DNA of 56,706 nt from an uncultured Acholeplasmataceae bacterium. GTDB taxonomy: Bacteria > Bacillota_I > Bacilli_A > Acholeplasmatales > Acholeplasmataceae. Location of the stretch: the NCBI GenBank assembly GCA_963539745.1, contig CAUTNJ010000001.1, positions 1-56,706 on the forward strand. The letters are read 5' to 3'. The notes beneath the pieces were generated by a model. That model was not told the DNA's origin. It made no database searches and saw nothing but the letters and a program-made list of their open reading frames with translations. The position numbers were made by a program, and so were the translations under genes. Below, piece by piece: positions 9,449 to 19,919 of this stretch (position 1 is the first letter of the stretch; every line of letters starts with the position of its first letter).

Positions 9449-11299
9449 ATGGCAAAAATTTCTAAAACTAATTTCTTAAACTACATGCGCTGTCCACGTT
9501 ATGTGGCTTTAGAAAAACTGAGATATGAAAAAGGCGAGGCGGTGGTTGCTTTTGACCCCAATGCCACAATCCAGGATTTTTTATCTGAAGAGACAAACGC
9601 GAGAAAACAAGAAATTTTGGCACACATGTATGAAGTTGTTGAAAACGAAGGCGGAGATTTAGAAGAAGTATTTGCACCTGACTTAAATAAAAGCATCACC
9701 CTTGACCTTTATATGGATGACTTTAAACAAATTGAGGTCTTGGCAGCAGAACGCGTAGAAAAACAATTTGGTGGCCAGGTAATTTTTGCAAAAGACACCA
9801 ATCTACAAAAATACATTGCATTAGAGCAAGGTGACCACACTTTCTTTTCTTTTTGCGATATTTTTCAAGAAGATGAAAACGCTATTCGTATTTTTGAAGT
9901 TAAGGCCACTACTACAAATAAGTTTTTAACTAAACTAACTACCAAAAAAGATGGACCTGCTTTTATTTACAACGAAAAAACCAAAATTATTGAAGATGTC
10001 ATGTCAACTGAGAAAGCCATAGCGAAAGTCACCTCACGCTTTGATACGAGCGGAATTGGCCGAATTTCTTTTGACCTTGCATACCAGCGCTATGTAGTTG
10101 AGCAAAGTAAGGTTTTTAACAAGCCAGTTTACTATTATTTAGCGGTTTTAAACCACGAATATATCTATGACGGTAAAACCAACGAAAACGGTTCAAGAGT
10201 CTATGACCCCGACGCCATAATTTCTTTCATTGACTACAACGAAATTACAAAATGCCTGCAACCAATTATAGAGTCAGAAATTAAAAAAATAGAGCAGGCC
10301 ATAGACCAAGCAGACGCCTCTAAAGTTAACTTTGGTGTGCACTGTCAAAAAGGGAAAAACTTAGAGTGTCAATACTTTTCTTGTGTGTGCAGACACGACT
10401 GGCAAATTCCTGAGAAATACTCAATATTTGAATACATTGACCGACACCACGGCTTTAAAAATAACACCGAAAAACTAGAAATCGAAGACCTGGTCAACGT
10501 AGGTACGGTTAAAATGACCGATTTAGACGATGAATATTTAAATCGCGAAAAAAATAAAACTCAAAAATACTGTGTGCTTTCCGGTGAAGAGCACATTGAC
10601 GAGGCTTTAGTTAAAAAATATTTAGACGAAATCAAGTTTCCAATTTACCACCTAGATTTTGAGTCTACTAACTTTCCTTTACCACGCTATGTTGGCGAAA
10701 AACCCTATACCCAGTCACTATTTCAGTTTTCAATTCACATAGAAAAAGAGTTTGGTAAATGCGATTTAAAAGCAGACAACGTCTACTTTTTAAATAAAGA
10801 CACCAAAACTGACTATCGCTATGAGTTTACTAAACTCATGCTTGAGACTATCAAACCAGATGGCGGTAGTGTGATGGTTTACAATAAAGCATTTGAAAAC
10901 ACCCGAATTAAAGAGTTAATGGAACTTTTTAAAGCAGATACTAAAATGGTAGAAGGCCTAAAAAATATTTTAGACAGAATATATGACTTAATGTATGTCT
11001 TTAAAGGAAAGAGCGCAGACAAACCAAAAGGTGGCCTCGCTTACTATCACCGTGATTTGTTTGGCTCTTACTCAATTAAAAAACTGCTTCCTGTTTTTAC
11101 AGACCTTTCTTATAAAAACCTAGAAGTGCAAAACGGACTAATGGCGGTACAAGAGTATTTGTCTTTTACTGAAAAAAAAGGACCCGACTACGACAAGTCA
11201 TACTCAGCACTTTTAGCATATTGCGGCCAAGACACCTACTCAATGCATTTGCTTTTAAAGGCGATTGCAAAAAAAGTAGGTTGGCAACCTAAAAAATAA
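9449..11299 (+). CDS. DUF2779-family protein: Cas4-like PD-(D/E)XK nuclease with a Cys staple fused to a DEDDy 3'-5' exonuclease-like domain
   Basis: 616 aa. N-terminus KTNFLNYMRCPRY, then D..IFEVK, then HCQKGKNLECQYFSCVC. C-terminal half has YHLDFES, YNKAFEN and YCGQDTYSM. It starts 8 nt after def and is followed by a terminator. Confidence 0.7.
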   Translation: MAKISKTNFLNYMRCPRYVALEKLRYEKGEAVVAFDPNATIQDFLSEETNARKQEILAHMYEVVENEGGDLEEVFAPDLNKSITLDLYMDDFKQIEVLAAERVEKQFGGQVIFAKDTNLQKYIALEQGDHTFFSFCDIFQEDENAIRIFEVKATTTNKFLTKLTTKKDGPAFIYNEKTKIIEDVMSTEKAIAKVTSRFDTSGIGRISFDLAYQRYVVEQSKVFNKPVYYYLAVLNHEYIYDGKTNENGSRVYDPDAIISFIDYNEITKCLQPIIESEIKKIEQAIDQADASKVNFGVHCQKGKNLECQYFSCVCRHDWQIPEKYSIFEYIDRHHGFKNNTEKLEIEDLVNVGTVKMTDLDDEYLNREKNKTQKYCVLSGEEHIDEALVKKYLDEIKFPIYHLDFESTNFPLPRYVGEKPYTQSLFQFSIHIEKEFGKCDLKADNVYFLNKDTKTDYRYEFTKLMLETIKPDGGSVMVYNKAFENTRIKELMELFKADTKMVEGLKNILDRIYDLMYVFKGKSADKPKGGLAYYHRDLFGSYSIKKLLPVFTDLSYKNLEVQNGLMAVQEYLSFTEKKGPDYDKSYSALLAYCGQDTYSMHLLLKAIAKKVGWQPKK

Positions 11300-11314
11300 A
11301 TTTTAAATCTTTTA

Positions 11315-11343
11315 AAAACCAATCATAGCAGATTGGTTTTTTT
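11315..11343 (+). terminator. Rho-independent terminator of def-DUF2779
   Basis: AAAACCAATC-atagca-GATTGGTTTT followed by a T-run. Confidence 0.65.
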
Positions 11344-11436
11344 ACTTTTTTTAAAGTTAAGACACAAATTTACAAATAAGCAAGACTATTTTTAAGCAAT
11401 TTATTTGTTCTGCATAAATATATACGCGGAGGAACA

Positions 11437-13824
11437 ATGATGACAAATAAACTTAGTTTTGTGGTTTTATTTTTTATTTTCTTTTGTTTTGGACTTTTTT
11501 CATCTAAACAGGCATTTGCAAAAGAATATAAAATTGTTGAAAAAACTTTCATCAAAACAGTAATTTACGAAGGTCTGCAATATGAAATGCACGCCGAAGG
11601 GATTTACCGTGAGTTTGACTTTAGTTTAGATAATCCAGAAAAAGTTTCATTTGATGAACTAAAAAATGCTGTCAAAGTTTGGCTAAAAGACGCAAATACG
11701 GGCGAAAAATACATGGCTGAATCTATTGAATACGCGAATCCTGAGAGTTTTGAAGAAAAATTTTTTATGACTAACTTCAAACAAAGGAAAATGCTGGTTA
11801 GTCTGCTTTGTGAGTTTAGTCGTCTTGCCGATGAACTTGAAGTTAATTTAATTATCAATATTTTAGACAGAGAAAAACCTACTATAAACCAAATTAAGCC
11901 AATAGTTTTCACAGAACTTAAAAAAGATAGACTCACAGATAAACAAATTGACGAAATTTTAAAGAAACACTTTGTCTTTAAAGACAATATTTCAACTAAA
12001 TTGACAACCAAATTACTTGGTGCTGAAGACGTTTTGTTAAACAAACCAGGAAAATACCCAATAGAGGTACATTGTTTAGATGAAAACGAAAATCAAGCGG
12101 TTTTAAAAACCTACATAGAAGTTAAAGACATTGAGGCTCCCAAAATTGAGTTTAAAAAACAGACAGAGCAGTTAACTACAGTAATAGGTTCGCCGTTTTT
12201 TACCTTAAATCAGTTTAATATTACTGATAACAGTGGAGATGAACTAGATATTAAAGTAGAAGGTGAAGAGAAGTTAAATAAAGTTGGAATGCACCAACTT
12301 TCAGTAACTGTAACAGATAAAAGCGGAAACTCAACTACAAAGAAATTCACTGTTGAAGTTAAAGATACAGGAGTTGCTGAAATTACTTTTCCTTTTAAAG
12401 AAGTAACTAAAGAAGTGCTATCGCCTAGTTTAGACAACGAAAAAATAAAGACTGAATACTCAAACTTCATTGAAGAAATTTTAAAATCGGCCGTTGTAAA
12501 AGATAAAGTTTACAACCACGAGTTAAGTGAATTAAACCTAGACATAAGCGAAATTAACTTAAGCAAGGTCGGCAAATACAAAGTTACTTTAAACATCTTT
12601 AAACCAGGTACACAAGAAATCAGGGGGGCAAAGTCTTTTGTCTTAGAAGTTAAAGACACAACTAAGCCAACCATTGAGCCCATTCAAACTAAGCAAGATA
12701 AAAATAATCAAAACTATGTGCCTGTTCAGGTAAACTCTAAGTTTAACCTAACTGACTTATTTGACATAAAAGACAACTATGACTTTAAAAGTGAACTTAA
12801 AACTACAATTGACAAAACTATTGACACTAAAGAACTTGGTAAATCATATTTAGTAGAAATCTCAGTTCAAGACAAAGCAGGTAATAAAATTTCAAAATCA
12901 TACCTGCTAAAAGTTGTAGACTTACTTCCACCTACTTTAGTAAAACAACCAAGAAGTATCTTTTTAAATGTTGGTGAGAAGTTCCAAGCAAGTAAATATT
13001 TTTCATATCAAGACGACACTAAAGTAACCGAAAAACTATACGTTGACGGAGAAGAATATACCTTTAATTTCAGTAAACCTGGTAAATACAAGTGTGAACT
13101 TAAACTAACTGACGAATACGGAAACGAAACTATGCATAGTTTTGTCTGCGTAGTAGGTGACAACATTCCACCAGTATTGGAATTAAAAGCAAATAGTTTA
13201 ACTGTCAAATTAAGAGAAACTAATTTACTTGAAACTCTGCGTCAAAACATTGCAGGTATTTTTGACAATGTAGACAAGTCAATTAACCCTAGCAAATGTC
13301 ACATTGACGTATCTGGCGTTAATTTAGAAAAATGTGACTACTATAAAGTGTACTACACTGTAAAAGACACTTCGGAAAACTCAGTGACTAAAGAACTTAG
13401 ACTTTTAGTGGATGACAAGGTAAAACCAACAATTAAGGAAACTAACCCGCTTGAAATTGACATCGTGACTTTAAAAAATAATCCAAGCCAAATTGATTAC
13501 TTAAAGGGTCTTGAAATTACTGATAACTCAGATACTAAAAGCAACAGTAAACTAGACATCTGGCACGAGACAATAGATGCCACTAAAAACAAAGAACTAC
13601 CTAGAACTCTTTTATATACTGCAACTGATGAACGCGGAAATATACAAACTTATGAACGGACTATAATTTACAAAAATAGTAGTAAACTCACCAGTTTACC
13701 AACTGTTGTAAAAATAACCATAACAGTCGGTTTTTCTTTAATTTTAATAGGTAGTATTTTTAGTTATTTTTACTTAAAAGACTTAAGGTCTTATAAAACA
13801 AAAATACGCAAATCTGAGCAGTAA
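11437..13824 (+). CDS. cell-surface protein with signal peptide, at least 7 tandem Ig-like (DUF5011/HYR-like) modules and a C-terminal TM anchor
   Basis: GGAGGA SD and signal peptide LSFVVLFFIFFCFGLFSSKQAFA. Module ends recur: TYIEVKDIEAPKI, KKFTVEVKDTG, FVLEVKDTTKPTI, YLLKVVDLLPPTL, FVCVVGDNIPPVL, LRLLVDDKVKPTI. The C-terminal helix ITITVGFSLILIGSIFSYFYL is followed by a basic tail, with no LPXTG. Confidence 0.8.
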   Translation: MMTNKLSFVVLFFIFFCFGLFSSKQAFAKEYKIVEKTFIKTVIYEGLQYEMHAEGIYREFDFSLDNPEKVSFDELKNAVKVWLKDANTGEKYMAESIEYANPESFEEKFFMTNFKQRKMLVSLLCEFSRLADELEVNLIINILDREKPTINQIKPIVFTELKKDRLTDKQIDEILKKHFVFKDNISTKLTTKLLGAEDVLLNKPGKYPIEVHCLDENENQAVLKTYIEVKDIEAPKIEFKKQTEQLTTVIGSPFFTLNQFNITDNSGDELDIKVEGEEKLNKVGMHQLSVTVTDKSGNSTTKKFTVEVKDTGVAEITFPFKEVTKEVLSPSLDNEKIKTEYSNFIEEILKSAVVKDKVYNHELSELNLDISEINLSKVGKYKVTLNIFKPGTQEIRGAKSFVLEVKDTTKPTIEPIQTKQDKNNQNYVPVQVNSKFNLTDLFDIKDNYDFKSELKTTIDKTIDTKELGKSYLVEISVQDKAGNKISKSYLLKVVDLLPPTLVKQPRSIFLNVGEKFQASKYFSYQDDTKVTEKLYVDGEEYTFNFSKPGKYKCELKLTDEYGNETMHSFVCVVGDNIPPVLELKANSLTVKLRETNLLETLRQNIAGIFDNVDKSINPSKCHIDVSGVNLEKCDYYKVYYTVKDTSENSVTKELRLLVDDKVKPTIKETNPLEIDIVTLKNNPSQIDYLKGLEITDNSDTKSNSKLDIWHETIDATKNKELPRTLLYTATDERGNIQTYERTIIYKNSSKLTSLPTVVKITITVGFSLILIGSIFSYFYLKDLRSYKTKIRKSEQ

Positions 13825-13906
13825 ATTAAAGAAAAATAAATTAAAAATCAAACTAAAAAAATTTAAAAATGTTATACTAAAAATGAAAAAGAGGAGATTA
13901 ACAACT

Positions 13907-14341
13907 ATGGAAAAAATACTGATTGTCTACTGGTCTGGAACTGGTAATACCGAAATTATGGCCAACGCTATGCTAACTGCCTTAAAAGAAAACAACGCAA
14001 ACGCTGAGTTAAAATGGGTGTCTGAGATTGATGTTCCTGCGACCTTGAATTACGATAAAATTATTTTTGGTTGCCCAGCAATGGGTGACAACGTTCTTGA
14101 AGAACTAGAGTTTGAACCTTATTTTGCTGAACTGCTTCCACACTTAAAAGGGCGTAAAATCGCCTTATTTGGCTCTTATGGTTGGTATGATGACCCTATT
14201 TGGATGGATATTTGGGAAGATAGAGTAAAAGAAGTAGGTGCACTACTTTTTAGAGAAAAAGGGCTTTCTTGTATCTATCAACCAGATGACAATAAAATTC
14301 GCGAATGTATGGAATTCGCAAAAGATTTCATTAACTTCTAA
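13907..14341 (+). CDS. short-chain flavodoxin
   Basis: MEKILIVYWSGTGNTE FMN-binding loop, then GCPAMG and FGSYGW. The start is trimmed to ATG 13907, which has GAGGAG 8 nt upstream. Confidence 0.88.
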   Translation: MEKILIVYWSGTGNTEIMANAMLTALKENNANAELKWVSEIDVPATLNYDKIIFGCPAMGDNVLEELEFEPYFAELLPHLKGRKIALFGSYGWYDDPIWMDIWEDRVKEVGALLFREKGLSCIYQPDDNKIRECMEFAKDFINF

Positions 14342-17226
14342 TGTTTGCCTTAATAAACTTTAAAAGTGCCTTTTCGTATCAACACTCGTTAATTTCAGTA
14401 TCGGACGCAGTTAATTTGCAATTGAGCCGAGGATACGATATACCTGTGCTTGCTGACTATAATCTAAGTGGAATGCTTGAGTTTTTCAAAAGTTGCAAAG
14501 ATGCAAACAAAACTGGTTTAATTAGCCTTGCTACGCGTTTAAGCATTGAAAAGAACAGTTTAAATATTTTAATTTTTCCAAGAAATTTTACTGCTTTTCA
14601 CCTTTTACTTAAAAAATATAAAGAAATAGATTCAAACCAAAGCATTGATTTTGATTTTTGTTTTGAGCATAAAGATGATTTCTTGTTTGTTATAAGTGAG
14701 CAAAACACAGATTTATTAAAAACAGAAAGCGCGCAAATAATGCTTGAAAAACTAAGTGCTTTCAATGTTTACTATTTACTTGACTTTGCTTATTCAAAAG
14801 AGCAAATTAAGGAAGTTGAATACATTGTTAAAAACTACAATATAGCCTTACTACCTGGTTTTAGTGCAGAGTATTCAGAAGTTGAACATATTAAAGCTCA
14901 CGAGTACTTAAGAAAAATTAACGGCAGTGTAGATAAAGAAATTGCTAATCATTTTCTACAAACTGCAGAAGAACTTAAGGAATTAATTCAAGAATACAAT
15001 TCAATTCTTTTAGATAACTTAGATGATTTTCTTGACCAAATTCAATTGTTTGACTATGAACTTCCAAAGTTTGAAATTCCACAAATTTATCCAAATCCAA
15101 ACGAAGAAATAAAAAAACGAGTTTATGAATTTTGTGTGAATCTTGGACCCGAATACCAAGAGAGAGCAAAACATGAACTTAGTGTGATTACAGAACTTAA
15201 CTTTGCAAACTACTTTTTGTTAGTTAGCGAAATTTGCAGATGGGCAAAAGCGAACGATGTGCTAATCGGACCTGGTCGTGGCTCTGCGGTTGGTTCACTT
15301 GTTGCTTGGGCTCTTGGAATAACTGAAATTGACCCAGTTAAACATAACTTAATTTTTGAGCGTTTCTTAAATAAGTTTAGACAAGGATATCCAGATATTG
15401 ATATTGACGTTGACAGTGCTGATAAATTAAAAGTCGTTAAATATTTAACTGAACTTTTTGGAAACGATAAAATTGCCTTTGTAAATACGCAAAATAAATA
15501 TTTAGAAAAGTCTGCACTCAACGATGTTGTCAGAATTTTAGCAGTTTCTGAATCTGAAAAAAGAGAGATCAAAAGAGAAGTTGAAGGGAAATTAGAGTAT
15601 TACACTAAACCGCTTGTTCGCGAAGTTTCGGAAGTTTGTAAAACTCTATACGGAAAAATCCAAACATTTTCAACTCACGCTTCTGCTTTAATTGTTTCAA
15701 ATGTTGAACTGACTGAATATTTAGCAGTTAAAAAATCTCCGTATGGTGATTTTAACCAGTTAGTTTTTGATATGAACGAACTTGAGTCAATTGGTCTACT
15801 TAAATTAGACTTACTTTCTTTAAATAACTTAACAGTTTTAAAGAAACAACTAAATTATGTTAAAAAAATTGACCCTGATTTTAAAGGAATAACTGACTTT
15901 GAAAATCAAAATACATTTAAACTAATTGCCAAATCAGACACCGAAGGAATTTTTCAGTTAGAAACAGAAGGACTAAAAAGACTTTGCAGAAGAATGCAAA
16001 CCAAGACTTTTTCAGACCTTATTGACACCTTGGCTCTATGGAGACCTGGTGCGCTTGATCAAATAGATGTCTACATAGAAAACAAAAAGAAAGGTTCATT
16101 TGAAACCGATTTGCCAGAAGAAATAACTGAAATTATCAAAAGCACTAATGGCATCATTTTATATCAAGAACAAATTATTGAAATTGCTAAAAAAATAGGC
16201 GGCTACTCATTTGCTGAGGCTGATTTGTTTAGAAGAGCGATTTCTAAAAAAGACCAAAGTGTAATTGAAAAAGAGCATCCTTTATTTTTAAAGAAAGCAA
16301 CTGCAAACGGCTACAGCCTAGAGGTTGCCGAAAAAATATTTGCATTCATCAAGAAGTTTGCTGAATACGGCTTCAACAAAAGTCATTCAGTTGGATATGC
16401 CACTTTAGCCTATCAAATGGCCTACATCAAAGCAAATTACTTCAACTGTTTTGCTGCTGCTTTCTTTCAACTGTATACAGGAGACTCAGAAACTATTGTT
16501 AAATACGTTTTTGAGGCAAAGCTAAAAGGATACTTTGTTTTAAATCCACGAATTTTGATTTCTGGCAAAAAATGCAAACTCAGTCAAAACAAAATCTTGC
16601 TTCCTTTAACTGTAGTTAAAAGAATCAGCAGTGAAATTGTTGAACAACTAAACTCACAAAAATACACAGACTTTGTTGATTTTTTAATTAAAACTAAAGA
16701 CATCCTATCTCAAGAACAACTTGAAAACTTAATTTTTGCAAGTACTTTAGATGGTTTTAGTTTGACTAAAAAACAAATGCGCGACCTTGCTATGATGCGC
16801 GCACATACTGCCTTGCTTTCTGACTACAAAAAAGATGAATCTGAATACTCAGACAGTGAACTTAGTGATTTTGAGTTTAAGGCTCTCGGTTTCAACTTAA
16901 AATATGATTTGCTAAACAAACTGGCAAAAGAAAAGTATTTTGTGCCGTTTTCTGAAATTGAGCGTAGACACTCAATTACTACAATTGCTAAGATTAAAAA
17001 CCAAAAAGTTTTTAAAAGTGCAAAAGGAACAAGTGTGGCTAAATTTGAACTAGTTCATGCAAACAGCGCAATTTCTTGCACTGCATTCAACGTATGTGCT
17101 GATAAAATAAACGACTTACTGCAAAAAGGCAGTGATATTGTTAAAGTAAATGTCAACCGCACAATTTACAAAGACACAGTTTCCTATATAGTTGTAGATA
17201 TTTCTGAGTACACCTTAACTAATTAA
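14341..17226 (+). CDS. dnaE: DNA polymerase III alpha subunit (DnaE type)
   Basis: 961 aa with GPGRGSAVGSLVAWALGITEIDP, FERFLNKFRQGYPDIDIDVD and KFAEYGFNKSHS. The ATG overlaps the flavodoxin TAA (TAATG). The N-terminal PHP motif lacks the usual His residues (LINFKSAFSYQHS). Confidence 0.93.
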   Translation: MFALINFKSAFSYQHSLISVSDAVNLQLSRGYDIPVLADYNLSGMLEFFKSCKDANKTGLISLATRLSIEKNSLNILIFPRNFTAFHLLLKKYKEIDSNQSIDFDFCFEHKDDFLFVISEQNTDLLKTESAQIMLEKLSAFNVYYLLDFAYSKEQIKEVEYIVKNYNIALLPGFSAEYSEVEHIKAHEYLRKINGSVDKEIANHFLQTAEELKELIQEYNSILLDNLDDFLDQIQLFDYELPKFEIPQIYPNPNEEIKKRVYEFCVNLGPEYQERAKHELSVITELNFANYFLLVSEICRWAKANDVLIGPGRGSAVGSLVAWALGITEIDPVKHNLIFERFLNKFRQGYPDIDIDVDSADKLKVVKYLTELFGNDKIAFVNTQNKYLEKSALNDVVRILAVSESEKREIKREVEGKLEYYTKPLVREVSEVCKTLYGKIQTFSTHASALIVSNVELTEYLAVKKSPYGDFNQLVFDMNELESIGLLKLDLLSLNNLTVLKKQLNYVKKIDPDFKGITDFENQNTFKLIAKSDTEGIFQLETEGLKRLCRRMQTKTFSDLIDTLALWRPGALDQIDVYIENKKKGSFETDLPEEITEIIKSTNGIILYQEQIIEIAKKIGGYSFAEADLFRRAISKKDQSVIEKEHPLFLKKATANGYSLEVAEKIFAFIKKFAEYGFNKSHSVGYATLAYQMAYIKANYFNCFAAAFFQLYTGDSETIVKYVFEAKLKGYFVLNPRILISGKKCKLSQNKILLPLTVVKRISSEIVEQLNSQKYTDFVDFLIKTKDILSQEQLENLIFASTLDGFSLTKKQMRDLAMMRAHTALLSDYKKDESEYSDSELSDFEFKALGFNLKYDLLNKLAKEKYFVPFSEIERRHSITTIAKIKNQKVFKSAKGTSVAKFELVHANSAISCTAFNVCADKINDLLQKGSDIVKVNVNRTIYKDTVSYIVVDISEYTLTN

Positions 17227-17238
17227 ACCAAATAAAAA

Positions 17239-17257
17239 ATGCAGGTATTACCTGCAT
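17239..17257. terminator. bidirectional terminator between convergent dnaE and atpC
   Basis: ATGCAGGT-att-ACCTGCAT with an A-run upstream and a T-run downstream. Confidence 0.65.
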
Positions 17258-17278
17258 TTTTCAATTTAGCATTAAGTT

Positions 17279-19082
<1,804 letters not shown>

Positions 19083-19919
19083 TCAAGAACCGTTAACGAT
19101 ATCAATCAACTCAGAAGTAATTTGTCCTTGTCTGGCGCGGTTGTATTCCAGTGTTAACTTTTCAAATAATTTTTTGCAGTTATCTGAGGCTTTTTTCATC
19201 GCAAGTTGTCGCTCTTGGTGTTCGCAGGCTTTTGACTTTAGCATCGCTCCAAAAATTTTGGATTCTATAAAAGTCACAATTAACTCACTAATTATGCGGT
19301 TTTTAGACTCATCGTAAATATATTCAGTTTGCGGGTTTTTCTGCTCTTCAAAAATGTGTCTGGTAATTGGCAGAATGCGCTCAATTTTGGTTTCTTTTTC
19401 CAAAGCGTTTTTTGAGTTGTTGTAAACTAGATAAACGTTTTTAATATAACCTGCTAAAAATAGGTTTTTAATGTCTAAAACATATTTGCGAAAATAAGTA
19501 ATGTTGATGTCTTCGCGGTTAAAGATTGGTTTTTTGTTAATTAAAATATGTTCTTTTTGGCGAAAGAAACTGTGGCCTTTTTTGCCAATCACCAAAGCAT
19601 GGTGATTTTGGTTGCGGCGAGAATGCAAGAATAACTTCTTAAATAGTTCTGAGTGAAAAGAGCCGCACAGTCCTTTATCGGAAGTTATTACGATATAAAT
19701 AGTTTCGCCATTTTCGTGTTTTTGAAAAATTGGATTTTCGTTAGTTTTAAAAACTGAAAGAAAAATCTCTTTAAATGAACGCATAAACAAGTTATACTCA
19801 GTAATTTTGCGCTGGGCTGAGTTGATTTTAGAAAGAGCCGTTGCTTGCATAGCCGAAACTATTTTTTCAGTTTCAGTAAGTGCCTGGATTTTTTTCTTAG
19901 TTTCTTTTAAGTTAAGCAT
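19083..19919 (-). CDS. atpG: F1 ATP synthase gamma subunit
   Basis: 278 aa. Conserved C-terminus LTLEYNRARQGQITSELIDIV. The ATG shares one base with the atpA TAA. Confidence 0.93.
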   Translation of the reverse strand: MLNLKETKKKIQALTETEKIVSAMQATALSKINSAQRKITEYNLFMRSFKEIFLSVFKTNENPIFQKHENGETIYIVITSDKGLCGSFHSELFKKLFLHSRRNQNHHALVIGKKGHSFFRQKEHILINKKPIFNREDINITYFRKYVLDIKNLFLAGYIKNVYLVYNNSKNALEKETKIERILPITRHIFEEQKNPQTEYIYDESKNRIISELIVTFIESKIFGAMLKSKACEHQERQLAMKKASDNCKKLFEKLTLEYNRARQGQITSELIDIVNGS

